A program made the translations under genes and the position numbers. The notes under the pieces are model-generated. The model was not told the origin of the DNA, ran no database searches, and saw nothing but the letters and a program-made list of their open reading frames with translations. From the NCBI RefSeq assembly GCF_009914755.1, contig NC_060933.1: DNA of 64,000 nucleotides, one strand, 5' to 3'. Below are positions 27,338-47,875 of this stretch, piece by piece (within the stretch, counting starts at the first letter, position 1; each line of letters opens with the position of its first letter). The DNA comes from the human T2T-CHM13v2.0 reference genome, Homo sapiens.

Positions 27338-27807
27338 TGTATTAGTTTCCTAGGACTATTGTAACAATCTACTAAAACCTAGGTGGCTTAAAACAACAGG
27401 AATCTATAGTCTCCAGTCCTGGAGGCTAGACCTCTGAAATCAAGGTGTTGTCGGGCCATGCTCTCTCTGAGGGCTCTAGAGGAAACCCTTTCTTGCCTCT
27501 TGCTAGCATCTGGTGTTTGCCAGCAAAATCCTCGGCATTTCTGGACTTGTAGATGGATCACTACAGTCACAGCCATCTTCTCCCTGTGGGCCTTCATGTC
27601 GTCTTCCCTCTATGTGCCTGTCTGTGTCCAGATTTCCTGTTTTTATAAGGATATCAGTCATATCAGATCAGGGCCCACTCGAATGATCTAATCTTAACTT
27701 CATTACTTTCGTAAACACCTTATTTTGAAATAAGGTCACATTCTGAGCTACTGGGGGTTAGGATTTTAACATATCTGTTTTAGGGAGACACAATTAAACC
27801 CGTAATA
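27338..27807 (-). mobile_element. MLT1C MaLR solo LTR
   Basis: tgtattagtttcctagg..ggtggcttaaaacaacag..tctgaaatcaaggtgt..aataaggtcacattctgag..gacacaattaaacccgtaata. Confidence 0.85.
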
Positions 27808-27851
27808 TTTGCACTGTTAAGCATTTAATAGAATAAAAATGGTATTATTTA

Positions 27852-28241
<390 letters not shown>

Positions 28242-28658
28242 CTAAAGTTATTTCCAGGCATCTTAGGCCTTCACAACTGGGGGTGTTTTCCCACTCATTC
28301 CAGCTTGATCTCGCCTATGCCAGTGTAACTGCAGGTGGGAGACAGGTCTGAATCTCCTTCTGGCAGGCCTTTTCCTGAAGGTTCCTAATAAATGTCTGGG
28401 CACTATTTCTGACCCTCTGTTAGTATTCACTTCAAGAACCTCCAGGTGCCACCAGCCACGGTTTCTTTACAAATGAGGCAGCACCAAGGCAGTAGAGAAG
28501 CCCCAGCTGCAATCACTGTGCAACTCTTCTGATGTAACATCACTCCTGGCTGGTGTGACGGCATCGGGCAACATCATGGCTCTAAGACCTCTCAAGTCCT
28601 TCGCATTTGTGTGCTGGGAACAAGGGCTACAAACAGAGATAAATTTTAGAGCCTAGAG

Positions 28659-29416
<758 letters not shown>

Positions 29417-29870
29417 TTATTAAGAAAAGGCAAAAAGTCTTCAGTGGTTCAGACAATCCTACAATATGGGCACTGGGTATTATCTTTCATGATGGCATCA
29501 GCAACCAGCCACACATCTGCTCATGCTATAAACACAGGTGTACCCACATGCAACAAGGAAAGGTTGCACCAGAGAGTCATTTGGAGTACTAAAAGAGGTG
29601 CCTCATATACTCCTGATGTTCTAGCTTTAGGTGTCTAGCCAATATTCATTCTGCTGTTGCCATTGCTGTGTGATCAGCGATACACTGAGAAGCATCCTAG
29701 TGATGTCAAACCTTCCTCTTGAGTCATTCCCAGGATCTAAAAATGATTGCCTTTCTTGTCCATGTGTCAGTTGCCCCCATAGAAAGAAGCCTGGCTGGTT
29801 TTGCAGGTTCTCTGCAAGACAAGAAAGACTGGACTAAATGTCCAATGGGGTTGCTACTCAAGAAAGTTCA

Positions 29871-30179
<309 letters not shown>

Positions 30180-30827
30180 AAGAATGTTCACCTGATATCT
30201 GAATATAGGAAGATGTCAAAGTACAAGAGGTAGAAACAGTATGAAATGAGGAAAAGAATTATTTATTGTGATTTTGAAAACTAGATTATGTTCATTGGTG
30301 GTGAGTAAGGAGAACATTCTCATTCTCCATGAAAAATTGTTAACAGAATCCATAGAGCTCACTAATGTTACTAAGTATTCATGGTAAATGCAAAGTGCTA
30401 CTGAGTCTGACTTCAAGGTTTGTGCAGCATAAACACAAAGGCTGTGCAAGAGACCGGGTCTACATGCAAGCTTTTGAGGAGAGGTGAGAGGGGATCACCT
30501 GGCAGAAGGGAGAAAGCAGATAAGGGGTGATATTCAAGGAGGTTAATTAAATCCTTTTTCACTTTGGTCAGCCGCGGCCTTCCTGAGTCGGCCTGAGAAC
30601 TAAAACAAGCTTTTATAACAGTGGTCGAAACAGTTGGAATAGACCTGCATCCCCAGTGAAGGAGGCTGGATACACCCCTATCACCAGCACCACCACATGG
30701 TATGGACATATATTCAGCCCTAGTTTACACTGGTTATCCTAGCATCTGAAGTGGTTCGACATTTTAGTACTCTTACTATGCCTGGGTTCAGACAAAAAAT
30801 GGTCACTCTAGTCAAATATAACCTGTC

Positions 30828-31204
30828 TATTAGGGACTGAATTGTGTCCCTCTCAAAATCCATGTTGAAGCCCTAATTTCCACATCTCAGAATGTGACTG
30901 TGTTTGGAGATAAGTTCTTTAAGGAAGTGACTAAATTAAAATGAAGTTCTTAAGTTGGGCCCTAATTCAATCTGACTGGTGTCCTTATAAGAAGAGGAAA
31001 TTTGGACAGAGAGACACCAGGGATGTGTGTGCACAGAGGAGAGACTGTGAGCACACAGGAGGAGGTGGCCATCTGCAAGCCAAGAAGAGAGGCCTCAGGA
31101 GAACTAACCCTGCCAACACCTTGACCTTGGACGTCTAGCCTCAAGAACTGTGAGAAAATAAATTTCCGTTGTTTAAGCCACCCCATCTGTGGTATGTTGC
31201 TATA
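30828..31204 (+). mobile_element. MLT1B MaLR LTR
   Basis: gaattgtgtccc..atgtgactgtgtttggagata..gactggtgtccttataagaagaggaaatttggacag..aataaatttccgttgtttaagccacc. Confidence 0.85.
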
Positions 31205-31286
31205 TATCGTGCATTGGGGAAGTGGTAATTGGAGTTTCATTAAGGATGTAAATTTCCTCTGGGTTGGATAGGAGCACAATTCTATG

Positions 31287-31701
31287 TGTATTTATTCATC
31301 AGTTCTCACTACATAACAACCACAAAATCCCAGCAGCACAGAAAAATAAGCATCATCTCCTGCTCATCAGCAGACTAGCTGGGATACTGTTAATTTTGCC
31401 TGAATGCCATTTGACTTTTCTCCAGGTTGCAAGTCAGGTCCAGGTGCCACTTGTTCTGGTACTAGCATTTCCATGAGGCGTGTTCTCTTCATGATGATGG
31501 CAGAAGAGGGCAAGACCAACCATGCTAGCACATTTCAAGTCTCTGCTTGAGTTGCATCTGCTAATATCCCATTAACCACAAGGTCAAACCCAAAGTCAAG
31601 GATGGGCAAATACACTCCACCCACCACAAGGCTGTGGTAATGGCATGGATATACTTATAATGCGATTGAAAAGGCGTGAGATTAATTATATGATCTACCA
31701 C
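31287..31701 (-). mobile_element. Old MLT1 (MLT1H/I-like) LTR
   Basis: cacatttcaagtctctgctt..ctgctaatatcccatt..cccaaagtcaagga..tgatctaccaca. Confidence 0.65.
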
Positions 31702-31896
31702 ACCTAGGTTCCATTAGTATATCTGTAGGGGTTGAGTGGCTATGGACTTGGTCTTAATAAATGTACTTTAGGGCCTTACCATCCAGACAATTATCTAGAA
31801 CAATTTTCTCCAACAACTTTCTGGGTAACCGTCATTTCTCATTGCTGAGACTCAGCTTCCTTTAAAAAGAAAACAAAACAAAAAAGGCATATTAAC

Positions 31897-32172
31897 TAGA
31901 CTGGCAATTTTAACACACAACCACTTGGTGCTTTTGTTTGTTTAATCGCTTGCAAATATTTAAAAGGGTTTCACATGAAAATCCAGTTTCTCTTAATACA
32001 AATTGGAGACACTGACAGCACTGAGCATCAAGGCAACACTCATCAGAAGTGGATTTGCCTCTGTCCCTTTATATGTCTGCGCTCTGCTGATGCCATGGTC
32101 CCCTCCAGGTGACTTCTCTCATCTAGGTTCTGTGCTTGCCTCCTACTGACATTTGAGTTTGGGCCTCCAAAC
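31897..32172. mobile_element. MER102-like hAT fragment
   Basis: tttcacatgaaaatccag..ctctt..; terminal catttgagtttg. Confidence 0.45.
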
Positions 32173-32434
32173 TAGACTATCAAGCTGTAACATTCTGAGG
32201 TTCTTTAGAGACAGAGTATACTTCCAATATAAACTAATTCCCAATATTGTTCTTCGAACAGTCTCTGTGTTTGACAATGTTTAAGTCTGGGGAGAATTTC
32301 TAACAGCAACTATTTTCTTGCACATGGAGATTTATTCCTCATACTCTTTATTCACAATTAGAAGAGAATACCTTCTGAGGCACAAATGCTCTAGGTGTTC
32401 CTGTAGAGATATTCTCTTAAGGGCACTGTGATGC

Positions 32435-32928
32435 TGTATTAGTCAGGGTTTTCTAGAGAATCAGAACCAATAGCTATATAGAGATACAGTATAAGGCAGT
32501 GTATTATAAGGCATTGGCTCACCCTGATTATGAAGGCTGAGAAGTTCTACAATCTTCCATCTGCAATCTGGAGAACTAGGAAAGTCAGTGTTGCAATTCA
32601 GTACAAGTCTGAAAGTCTGAGGGCCAGAGGAACTGAAGTCGTAAGTCCAAAGGCCCAAGCTCCAATATCTAAGGGAGGAGAAGATGGATGTCCCAGCTCA
32701 AGAAGAAAGAGAAGAAACAAAAAGAGAAAGAGAAAGATAGAATTCTCCCTTCTTCTGCCATTTTGGTCCACTCACATTGGTGAGAGTGGATCCTTTTGAC
32801 TCAGCCCACGATTGAAATGCTAATCTGTTCCAGGAACACCCTTGAAGACACACCCAGAAATAATGTTTTACCAGCTATCTTAGCATCCCTCATGGCAGCA
32901 AAGTTGACACATAAAATTAATCATCACA
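32435..32928 (-). mobile_element. MLT2B-type ERVL solo LTR
   Basis: tgtattagtcagggttttctagaga..cacacccagaaataatgtttt..aagttgacacataaaattaatcatcaca. TSD gatgc/ggtgc. Confidence 0.88.
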
Positions 32929-34419
32929 GGTGCTAAAGGCATCCTGCACTGAGATTAGTTGGAAGTTCATCCTGAACAGAAACACAGAGAGAGCTTTTTA
33001 GAGCTCTTCCCTGCCTCCTGAATCCATTGGCAGTCTTGTCAAAAGATTCATGTCCAGAAGCCACCCTAAATGAAAGCAGCTTGCTTTGGGGACCAGCTAC
33101 AGCCATGAGTGGGCTCTCAGGCCTACTCTGCTACCCCGCACTTCCTCACAGTGAATGCAATTCTAGGAGGTGTGTCTCTCACAGAGGAGAACCAGAAAGA
33201 AAAAAAATGTTGGAAGCTAGAAATAGCATAGCAGACAGGAACAAGAGCGATTTAAAAACAAATGATTTTTTTGTTGTTATTGTTGTTTGTTGGTTCAGGT
33301 TGGGCAGCTGCCCTAGGTAACACAAAGGAGAGGAAGTAGAGGGTCCCAGGAGCGATAAATGAGAAAGGCATGAGAACTAGAGAAAGTCAGAGAAACCTAG
33401 TCAAGCCAGAGATACCATGAAAAGCAGATTAAAAACGATTCCATCCTTCTTTCCTAGTTTAACTCATTCAAACACTGATTGGCCTTATGTGAGAGCATGA
33501 TTCTCAGAACTAGAAATAACATTTGCTAACATTTGCAAAGCCTTTTGTAGGTAAATGTAGTCACAGATTTTTTGTCTCATTTAGTCTTTTTTTTTTGAAG
33601 TCTGATCTTATTTGTTACTCTTAGAACATCTTATTTTCGACTGGACTCAGAAACCCTCAGAGAAGACAGCCCCCATCTCTTGGCAATCCGTTCCTATTGT
33701 TTTGTTTTTCTTTGGCCTTCTCTGGTGTCTTGGGCAAAAGTTTATCATATTCTGCTGCCTAGTCCTTATTTTTTTCAAGTATGTTGTTTGTTTAGAACAA
33801 TGTGCTTACATCTGTATTGCAGGACATGCTGAGTAACAAGACACTGAATCTCTAGCAATTTGGTCCTGAGTTTCTTACTGTCTTTATTCAGGGGCTTTCT
33901 CTTAGCAAACTGGTGGACATCATCTTCTTTAGAGAGTTGGAAAATTTGCAGACACCGCTAGCTCTCTCAGGCCCCAGGTGACGAGGCACAGTAGTAAGGC
34001 AGTCCAAGAATATCTTCCTCCTTAAAAAAAAAAAAAATAACCAAAGTGAGAACACACAGATTGGCGTCCACAATAAACCCAGAACAGATTAGCACCTCCT
34101 TTCCCAAGTCCTCCTTGGTCTATTACAGGAATGCCCCTGCTCAGCAGCAGGCAGACATGGCCATGGTCAAGGTACCCTGCTTCATGAGGAAAACTTGTTT
34201 GTTTTTTCCCACTACTGATTTTGTACACATAACCCTTCTATTCTTCACTCAGAGTGTCAGCAGCAATTTCTGTGGCCATACGCTTCTCACAAAGGTATGA
34301 GGTTTGCTGTCATTATCTACTTCAATGAACTTCTGGCAGCCAGTAGCTGGGAAGGAAATGTGCAGCTTCCTTCTGAAACAGCTGATCACCCCCAAGGTGC
34401 CACGAAAAAGAGCTTGCCT

Positions 34420-34720
34420 CATTAATCTTTACCACAATTCTCTGTGCATTATTTTCCAAATTTTATATATGAGGAAACAGAAACAGAAGGATAGTGAGAT
34501 TTTTCTCAAAATTGTTCATTCCATTAACAGTAGAGGCAAGATCTGAATCTATGTCTCCAATGTCCCAGACCATTCTATAACTCCACAAGGAAACTGCTAC
34601 CTTTAGATAAATAGATCGGGTTGAAACTAAGGCTCAAAACTGTTAAAATGCCCCCAAATTCACATAGCTACTGAAAAACAAAGCCAGGATGTGAAGGCCA
34701 GTCTTTCTGATTCCAGGTCC
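34420..34720 (-). mobile_element. MIR fragments
   Basis: ttttatatatgaggaaacagaaacaga; gaaactaaggctc..gtctttctgattcca. Confidence 0.5.
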
Positions 34721-34815
34721 TAAAATCCTAAGCTCTTTGATGCCTCAGATTTCTAACTCCTTCCAAACAGGTAATATTAAGTATATTATGGGGAGGTTAT
34801 TATATACATTTATAA

Positions 34816-35144
<329 letters not shown>

Positions 35145-35727
35145 TGACCTTCTTAACTAAAATAAATCCTCCTGGCATTCAGGGCCCCTGGTGTGCACGG
35201 TACAAATTACAAAAGAGTCCAGACCCTCTGGGATCACTACAGCCCTGTGTGTATTGGTGGGCTGGGTGGAGCGCAGATGCTCTGATGGGGACAGGAATGC
35301 TGACATCAGGAGACACATCTGGCTCCAATACCTGATGGATGAACACAGGCAGGTCATCCCAGTGCAGTGCAGTACAGGGTTGGGTCCAGGAAGATCAGAA
35401 ACCAAGAACTGGGTTAAAAATAAGGCAGAAGTTATGGCAATAACCAAAGTGGGGGGGAATACTCTATATACCTTTATATACTATGGAGTAAAGATCACAG
35501 CCTCTAGTTTATGGATGAAGAAACTAGAGTTGAGAGAATTCAGGCACCTTATCCAATGCCATAGAATCAGGATGTGAGAGCCAAGGTTCAAACCCCAAAA
35601 TGCCTGAGTCCTACAGTAGTAAGATGAGCTTCCATGCATGGGAGGGTTCAGGTCTGTCTAGGCTATTTGGAAATATACTAAAGTTCAGTGAAGGCCAGTT
35701 GCCTTTAGCATGGCCTGAAAGAGGAAA

Positions 35728-36413
35728 TGAGACAGTAAAGGGAAGAAACTTGATCCTGGCAGAGACACAACTAGCAAAAATCCCAGTGAGCTTCACACGT
35801 CCCGACATAGTCCCTACCCTACCTTCCTGCCTCCCTTGACAAACTGACCCAAATCACAAAGCAGAAAGTGGGGTCCCCTCCTAACTTAGTGGAGCAGGTC
35901 AAATCTCTAACCATAAAAGGTAAAACCAACCGCTGATGTCCTTGAGTGACGTCTTCCCAGGCGATTGAAGCGAGACTCTGGCATGACCCAACATGGAACT
36001 GACCAGATCCAGCTGCCTGGCAACAAGAGGCACTCCAGCGCAGACTTTCGCCAACTTTTTCCTCATTATAATGTCATCGTAATACTAAAATCACCACCCA
36101 AGGAGGTGCTTATCTGCCCCCTTCTGTACATGGGATGCATGTTAGGACACAACACCTCACTGCACAGGCGCAGAGAAGACCCCATCCAAACATGCTTATG
36201 CGTCACTCCTTTTTCCTGCCTTAACTTCCTTAAAATGACAGGAGCTGAGCCCCTCAGGAGCAAGCACCAGGATCCCCTTCCTGCATGCAGCTCCCTGGTG
36301 CTGCTCCATCCACAAGCCTATTAAACCTTGCCTGAGAAGACTTCTGCTTGGCCTGATGTTAGTTTACTACTTACAGGAGAGTCAAAGAACTTGGGACTCA
36401 GGTTATGGTAACA
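35728..36413 (+). mobile_element. ERV1-class solo LTR (family not identified)
   Basis: TG...CA termini (tgagacag...ggtaaca), ATTAAA near 36320, near-TSD gaaa/gaag, elevated CpG. Confidence 0.7.
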
Positions 36414-36471
36414 GAAGTACTCAACACCCAGCATCCAGCAGTCATATTCTGGGAGAGAAGAGACTATTAAC

Positions 36472-36748
<277 letters not shown>

Positions 36749-36867
36749 TGAGATCATTTACTTTTAAATGAACCCATTTAGCTTTCATGATGTGAAGAAA
36801 GGGAAAACAAAACAGTAAATTAAAAGCTTTAATATCTGAGGGAAATGCTTAAATAAAGAGTTGCAGG

Positions 36868-37015
36868 CAAAAAAAAAAAAAAAATAAGCAAATGAAAGGT
36901 AGAAGGGGAGGGTGAAAGGGAGGGAGAAATGGGAAAAAAATAAATAAAAAAAGAAAAAGATGAAGGGAGAGAGAAAAGAAGGGAAGGAGGAAGAATGGAA
37001 TGAAAGAAAAGAAGT
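36868..37015. repeat. A/G-rich low-complexity tract
   Basis: Seen directly. Confidence 0.75.
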
Positions 37016-37941
37016 TTAAAGCACATGTGATCCACCACAAATTAGATCCCGCAGCAGTGAAGTCATAGGCAGCTGTGACTAAAGATTATTTTCGGATAAT
37101 GAAATTAAATGCACCCAATCTTCTGCGCCCCTGTGGATCATGGGTTTTGGGAGACCATGGTCTATAGTGTATGTAATTTTGATAATTGTCCAAAAAACTT
37201 AGAACAATACTGTGCATACAGTGGGTGTTGCATAAATAAAAGGTTGACATTGATTGATAGTCCCTTCCCTAAAGGAAATTGATCTCCAATTCAAATCTCT
37301 AACATAACACTGAGTAAGGTTAATCTTCGTATCCCCACAGATGGAGACTAATGGGATGGGTCTAAGCAGGCAGAAGTGCATCAGGAAACCAAATTGGAAA
37401 ATGATAGCTATTGTCACCCAGAGAATTGCCAAAGGTGGATGTCACTTATGGCTCCCAAGGCCAATGGCTGACCTTTTTATCCCCCCAGAGTTATCAATAG
37501 ACTAGTGAAAGAAGACTGATAAAAATGAAAAATGCATGTAAATAAGTTTTTAATAAGTTATTTTAAAATGGTCATGAACAACCCTTAATTACTTGCTTTC
37601 AAAAAATAATAGCTGCCAACATGCTTAAGGTAGGGGAAGGACAGTTACTTCTCTGTGTCCTCAGACCAAGCCTCAGGCAAAATGCTGCCACATATGCAGA
37701 CATGCCTTAAACAAACATGCCCTAGCAAAATGGCCCAGGTACTTAGTAACCAAACATCCATTAGCAAGCTGACACTAAGAAGTTATACAACCTGTTGTGT
37801 AAAACTGAAGAAGTCCCAGCTCTCCGGCCTTTGAGGTGCTCCTGAATATTTTAGCCAGCCCATATCTCTTAAATACCATTAATTTTACCAATGACAGCTC
37901 ATTTCGAATGCTGATTATACTGAATAGAAGTCGTCAGTTTT

Positions 37942-38273
<332 letters not shown>

Positions 38274-38662
38274 CTATTTCTATTATTCATTATGCTGATT
38301 AACAAAACTACCGATGTAAATAAGAGATACAGATAAAAAACATGCCTTCAATAGTTACCTCTGAAGAGTGATCTTTCTCATACAATGCTAGGTAACTACT
38401 CCTGAAGTGTGAATTTCTAAGTATTACAACTTCCTGCTGCTTAGTAGTAAAACCAGCACATGCATTTATCTCATACTAGTTATATGTGGGTATTATAAAG
38501 TATATAACAAGCATCATAATGTGAATGATGAACCATATTTAAATACTTTTTTAAAATAATGATTTTAATAGTTGACAAATAAAATGCATTTCTTTATATA
38601 GATAAAATACATTCAATAGCCTCTTTTTACTGAATGTGAGAGAATATAAAAGACATAGTTGC

Positions 38663-38950
<288 letters not shown>

Positions 38951-40719
38951 AAAAGGCATAGTTGCTGATTTTTTCATATAAACATAAGAAAAACCAGCCA
39001 CTCTGAGATAATTTCATATGCTGCAATATGATTGGTGTACTATTTTGAGCTGCAACTATGATGCTTGTCTTTTCAGTCAAGGGAACACAGCAGCTGGTCA
39101 CCCTGCTCTCTAATTTCTAGGTGTCTGGCTCAAACTCCAATTCCTTTAAGTCTTTTCTTCTCCAGATGAGTGCTAGCAAGTCCCAGAAGGCCTAAGAGTC
39201 ACATGTCCACTCAGGTAGAAGGCACATGAAGCTCTAATCCTGGGCTCATCGTACTGCAGTTTATGGTCTTACCCTCCCATGGGCCCAAACCTTTTTCTCA
39301 TCTCCTTAACCCCAACCTGGAATTTATTTCCTTTCACTGATTTTTCAAAACTTGCACACACACTCACTCACTCACCCATTAACTCATTTACTCACTCATT
39401 CAAGGTGTGGCTAACTGAGCACTTTATATTTCCAGATACAAAAATACAAAGACCTAAAATTTATCAGAAAATGACCTATTTTGTCCATTCTGCCTCAAAG
39501 GCAGTGGTCCTCCTGGCTGCTTGATCATCATCTGCTCCATTGGAGTTATTGGCTTCTTGACATATTAGTCACATTACTTTGTAGAGCGCATTAGTTACTT
39601 TCCTTCATCATCCCTTCTTCCTTGTCCCCAGTGCTTTCAAAAATTGCACAACTGGATGATTTCGTTTTTTCCAGCTACACAGGCATTTCAGAATTGGGAG
39701 GAACAACAAATGGCAAAGATAATAAATATACTAACCACTTTAAAGCCATATTATGTGAAAGAAAGAAAGAGCAGAAGCACTCAGATCCCAGCACCATTAG
39801 CTAAAAATTTCTAACACTCCTTTTCCAACTTTTGATTTCTGAGTCATTAACATATAAGAACTATTATCAGCAAGTCATTTCTCCATTCTTCCCTTCTAAT
39901 GGAACAGTATATTATTATTTGTCCTACATCTAGTTTTGTGATATATGACCTTTCTTCAGTTTTCTAGAGAAGAAAACATGGTTTTATTTCCTCTCTGATG
40001 GAGATCTTATTCTCCCAGAGACAACTTTTCTCATTCTATTTGACTCTTTGAAGATGAAAAACTGACCCTTTGAGATTATAAAAATAATCCATGGATATGT
40101 TTATATTCCCCCTGAGGTCTGAAATGTAAGGTGCCAGAGAAAAAGACTACCCATGTTTGTTCCCTTTATTATTATAACAAAGATAAATCTGGAGTCCATT
40201 TTGCCCATGCAAATGCAAATTAAGGAAATGTGGGCCTCAGAGTCTCCCGATGCCTTACTACTGCAGAAACCAGAGAGCTTTAACCAAAGTGGTCACGTAT
40301 ATTCGCTTTCAGAGCAGTCCTGCCCGAGTGACGTGAGGAGTTTGGGGAGTGTGGATTGTCAAGAGTTGAATTTTTGACCATGTAAGTATGTATAAGGTAT
40401 GCGAAGGACAAGAAGCAGTGATATAGCAAATCCATACCTTAATGCGTAAAAGAATTGCCTAGTGTTTTATTAAAATACTGTTTCTAATTCAACACATCTG
40501 GGATAGGACTGAGATTCTTTGTTTCCCACAAGTTCCCAGTTGATGTGAATGCTGCTGGTGCAAGATGAGTAGCAAGACATTAGAGACAAGTGGAGGTTAT
40601 TGTATGGATTCTAGAGGACATTTCAAATACAAAATATTTTGAATTTTAGATTCAATGTTACTTAGGACCTCTAAATTATATGTTTTTAGAGTGCTGAATA
40701 AAGTCATGTTGTTTTAAAT

Positions 40720-41186
<467 letters not shown>

Positions 41187-41195
41187 CTCTGTCAC

Positions 41196-41363
41196 TTTTT
41201 TTTTTTTTTCACTAAGTATAATGTCATTTATTTATCTTCGGTGGCTCTATAATGCCTTATACTTCAGCTATGAATTCAGGACCATGCACATCTTAAACCT
41301 ATCCCCCATCTGGCCTATGTCATTCCAACCTTATCTTTCACCAATCTCCTAGAAAAGCCTTTC
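41196..41363 (-). other. 3' transduction carried by L1-A (second poly(A) 41196-41209, AATAAA 41227-41232)
   Basis: Non-L1 sequence enclosed within the L1-A TSD and ending in a poly(A) 17 nt after an AATAAA on the minus strand. Confidence 0.8.
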
Positions 41364-41608
41364 TTTTTATTTATTTATTTATTTAGTTAGTTATTTTATT
41401 ATTATTATACTTTAAGTTTTAGGGTACATGTGCACATTGTGCAGGTTACTTACATACATATACATGTGCCATGCTGGTGTGCTGCACCCACTAACTCGTC
41501 ATCTAGCATTAGGTATATCTCCCACTGCTATCCCTCCCCCCTCCCCCCACCCCACAACAGTCCCCAGAGTGTGATGTTCCCCTTCCTGTGTCCATGTGAT
41601 CTCATTGT

Positions 41609-45449
<3,841 letters not shown>

Positions 45450-45497
45450 TTATTTTGCTCGTTACTTGATGCAGTTTCTTCCTAGTCTCGATGGTCT

Positions 45498-46511
45498 TTA
45501 CATTTTGGCATGATTTTGCAGCGGCTGGTACCGGTTGTTCCTTTCCATGTTTAGCACTTCCTTCAGGAGCTCTTTTAGGGCAGGCCTGGTGGTGACAAAA
45601 TCTCTCAGCATTTGCTTGTCTGTAAAGTATTTTATTTCTCCTTCACTTATGAAGCTTAGTTTGGCTGGATATGAAATTCTGTGTGGAAAATTCTTTCCTT
45701 TAAGAATGTTGAATATTGGCCCCCACTCTCTTCTGGCTTGTAGGGTTTCTGCCGAGAGATCCGCTGTTAGTCTGATGGGCTTCCCTTTGAGGGTAACTCG
45801 ACCTTTCTCTCTGGCTGCCCTTAACATTATTTCCTTCATTTCAACTTTGGTGAATCTGACAATTATGTGTCTTGGAGTTGCTCTTCTCAAGGAGTATCTT
45901 TGTGGCGTTCTCTGTATTTCCTGAATCTGAACATTGGCCTGCCTTGCTAGATTGGGGAAGTTCTCCTGGATAATATCCTTCAGAGTGTTTTCCAACTTGG
46001 TTCCATTCTCCCCATCACTTTCAGGTACACCAATCAGACGTAGATTTGGTCTTTTCACATAGTCCCATATTTCTTGGAGGCTTTGCTCGTTTCTTTTTAT
46101 TCTTTTTTCTCTATACTTTACTTCTCACTTCATTTCATTCATTTCATCTTCCATCGCTGATACCCTTTCTTCCAGTTGATCGCATCGGCTCCTGAGGCTT
46201 CTGCATTCTTCACATAGTTCTCAAGCCTTGGTTTTCAGCTCCATCAGCTCCTTTAAGCACTTCTCTGTATTGGTTATCCTAGTTATACATTCTTCTAAAT
46301 TTTTTTCAAAGTTTTCAACTTCTTTGCCTTTGGTTTGAATGTCCTCCCATAGCTCAGAGTAATTTGATTGTCTGAAGCCTTCTCTCAGCTCGTCAAAGTC
46401 ATTCTCCATCCAGCTTTGTTCCCTTGCTGGTGAGGAGCTGCGTTCCTTTGGAGGAGGAGAGGCGCTCTGATTTTTAGAGTTCCCAGTTTTTCTGTTCTGT
46501 TTTTTCCCCAT
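45498..46511 (-). pseudogene. L1-A ORF1, disrupted by a CpG-derived TGA after KTKA (46221)
   Basis: MGKKQNRKTGNS... to ...YQPLQNHAKM split across two ORFs. Confidence 0.96.
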
Positions 46512-47415
46512 CTTTGTGGTTTTATCTACTTTTGGTCTTTGATGATGGTGATGTACAGATGGGTTTTTGGTGTGGATGTCCTTTCTGTTTGTTAGTTTTC
46601 CTTCTAACAGACAGGACCCTCAGCTGCAGGTCTGTTGGAGTACCCTGCAGTGTGAGGTGTCAGTGTGCCCCTGCTGGAGGGTGCCTCCCAGTTAGGCTGC
46701 TTGGGGGTCAGGGGTCAGGGACCCACTTGAGGAGGCAGTCTGCCCCTTCTCAGATCTCCAGCTGCGTACTGGGAGAACCACTGCTCTCTTCAAAGCTGTC
46801 AGACAGGGACATTTAAGTCTGCAGAGGTTACTGCTGTCTTTTTGTTTGTCTGTGCCCTGCCCCCAGAGGTGGAGCCTACAGAGGCATGCAGGCCTCCTTG
46901 AGCTGTGGTGGGCTCCACCCAGTTCGAGCTTCCTGGCTGCTTTGTTTACCTAAGCAAGCCTAGGCAATGGTGGGCGCCCCTCCCCCAGCCTCGCTGCCGC
47001 CTTGCAGTTTGATCTCAGACTGCTGTGCTAGCAATCAGCAAGACTCCGTGGGGTAGGACCCTCCGAGCCAGGTGCGGGATATAATCTCGTGGTGTGCCGT
47101 TTTTTAAGCCCGTCGGAAAAGCGCAGTATTCGGGTGGGAGTGACCCGATTTTCCAGGTGCCATCCGTCACCCCTTTCTTTGATTAGGATAGAGAACTCCC
47201 TGACCCCTTGCGCTTCCTGAGTGAGGCATTGCCTCACCTTGCTTTGGCTCGCACACGGTGCGCGCACCCACTGACCTGCGTCCACTGGCTGGCACTCCCT
47301 AGTGAGATGAACCGGGTACCTCAGATTGAAATGCAGAAATCACCCGTCTTCTGCGTCGCTCAGGCTGGGAGCTGTAGACGGGAGCTGTTCCTATTCGGCC
47401 ATCTTGGCTCCTCCC
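46512..47415. promoter_or_regulatory. L1 5'UTR bidirectional promoter (sense toward minus, antisense toward plus) with intact YY1 site
   Basis: CpG-rich complete 5'UTR. The YY1 motif AAGATGGCC reads on the minus strand at 47397-47405. Confidence 0.75.
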
Positions 47416-47589
47416 TCCTCTGTTGCTTTCTTAAAGGCAACCACTATGCAGACTCATGTAAGCAGATATTAGTTTTTCCCTGTTAAAAATTGGCATTTGT
47501 TTTGTTTCTGGTTTCCTTTATTGTTATGTTTTCTGATATTGAACTACATTATTGTGGGTACCAGTCACTTGTTTTTTACTCCTCCATAG

Positions 47590-47811
47590 CAAAAGTTGCC
47601 AAACTTGTTCTTTAAAGAGCTAGATAGTAAATATTTCCAGCTTTGGATGCCATAAGGACTCTGTGGCAACTACTCAACTCAGCTCACATAGTTGAAAGCA
47701 GTCACAGACAATACATAAATGAATAGTCATGGCTCTGTTCCAATAAATCTTTATTTACAAAAGCAAGTGTAGGTCAAAGTTGACCTGTGAGCCATAGTTT
47801 GCTGACCTCTT
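47590..47811. mobile_element. MER58A hAT MITE
   Basis: gatagtaaatattt..caactactcaactc..gttccaataaatctttatttacaaaa..gccatagtttgctgacc. Confidence 0.8.
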
Positions 47812-47875
47812 TTCCATAGTAGTGCATTATAAAGATGTATCATAATTTACTTATCCATTTTACTTTTAATAATCA

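Noticed and set aside
46967-47056. Intact ORF0
   Set aside because: A 1-bp deletion creates a stop after 29 codons.
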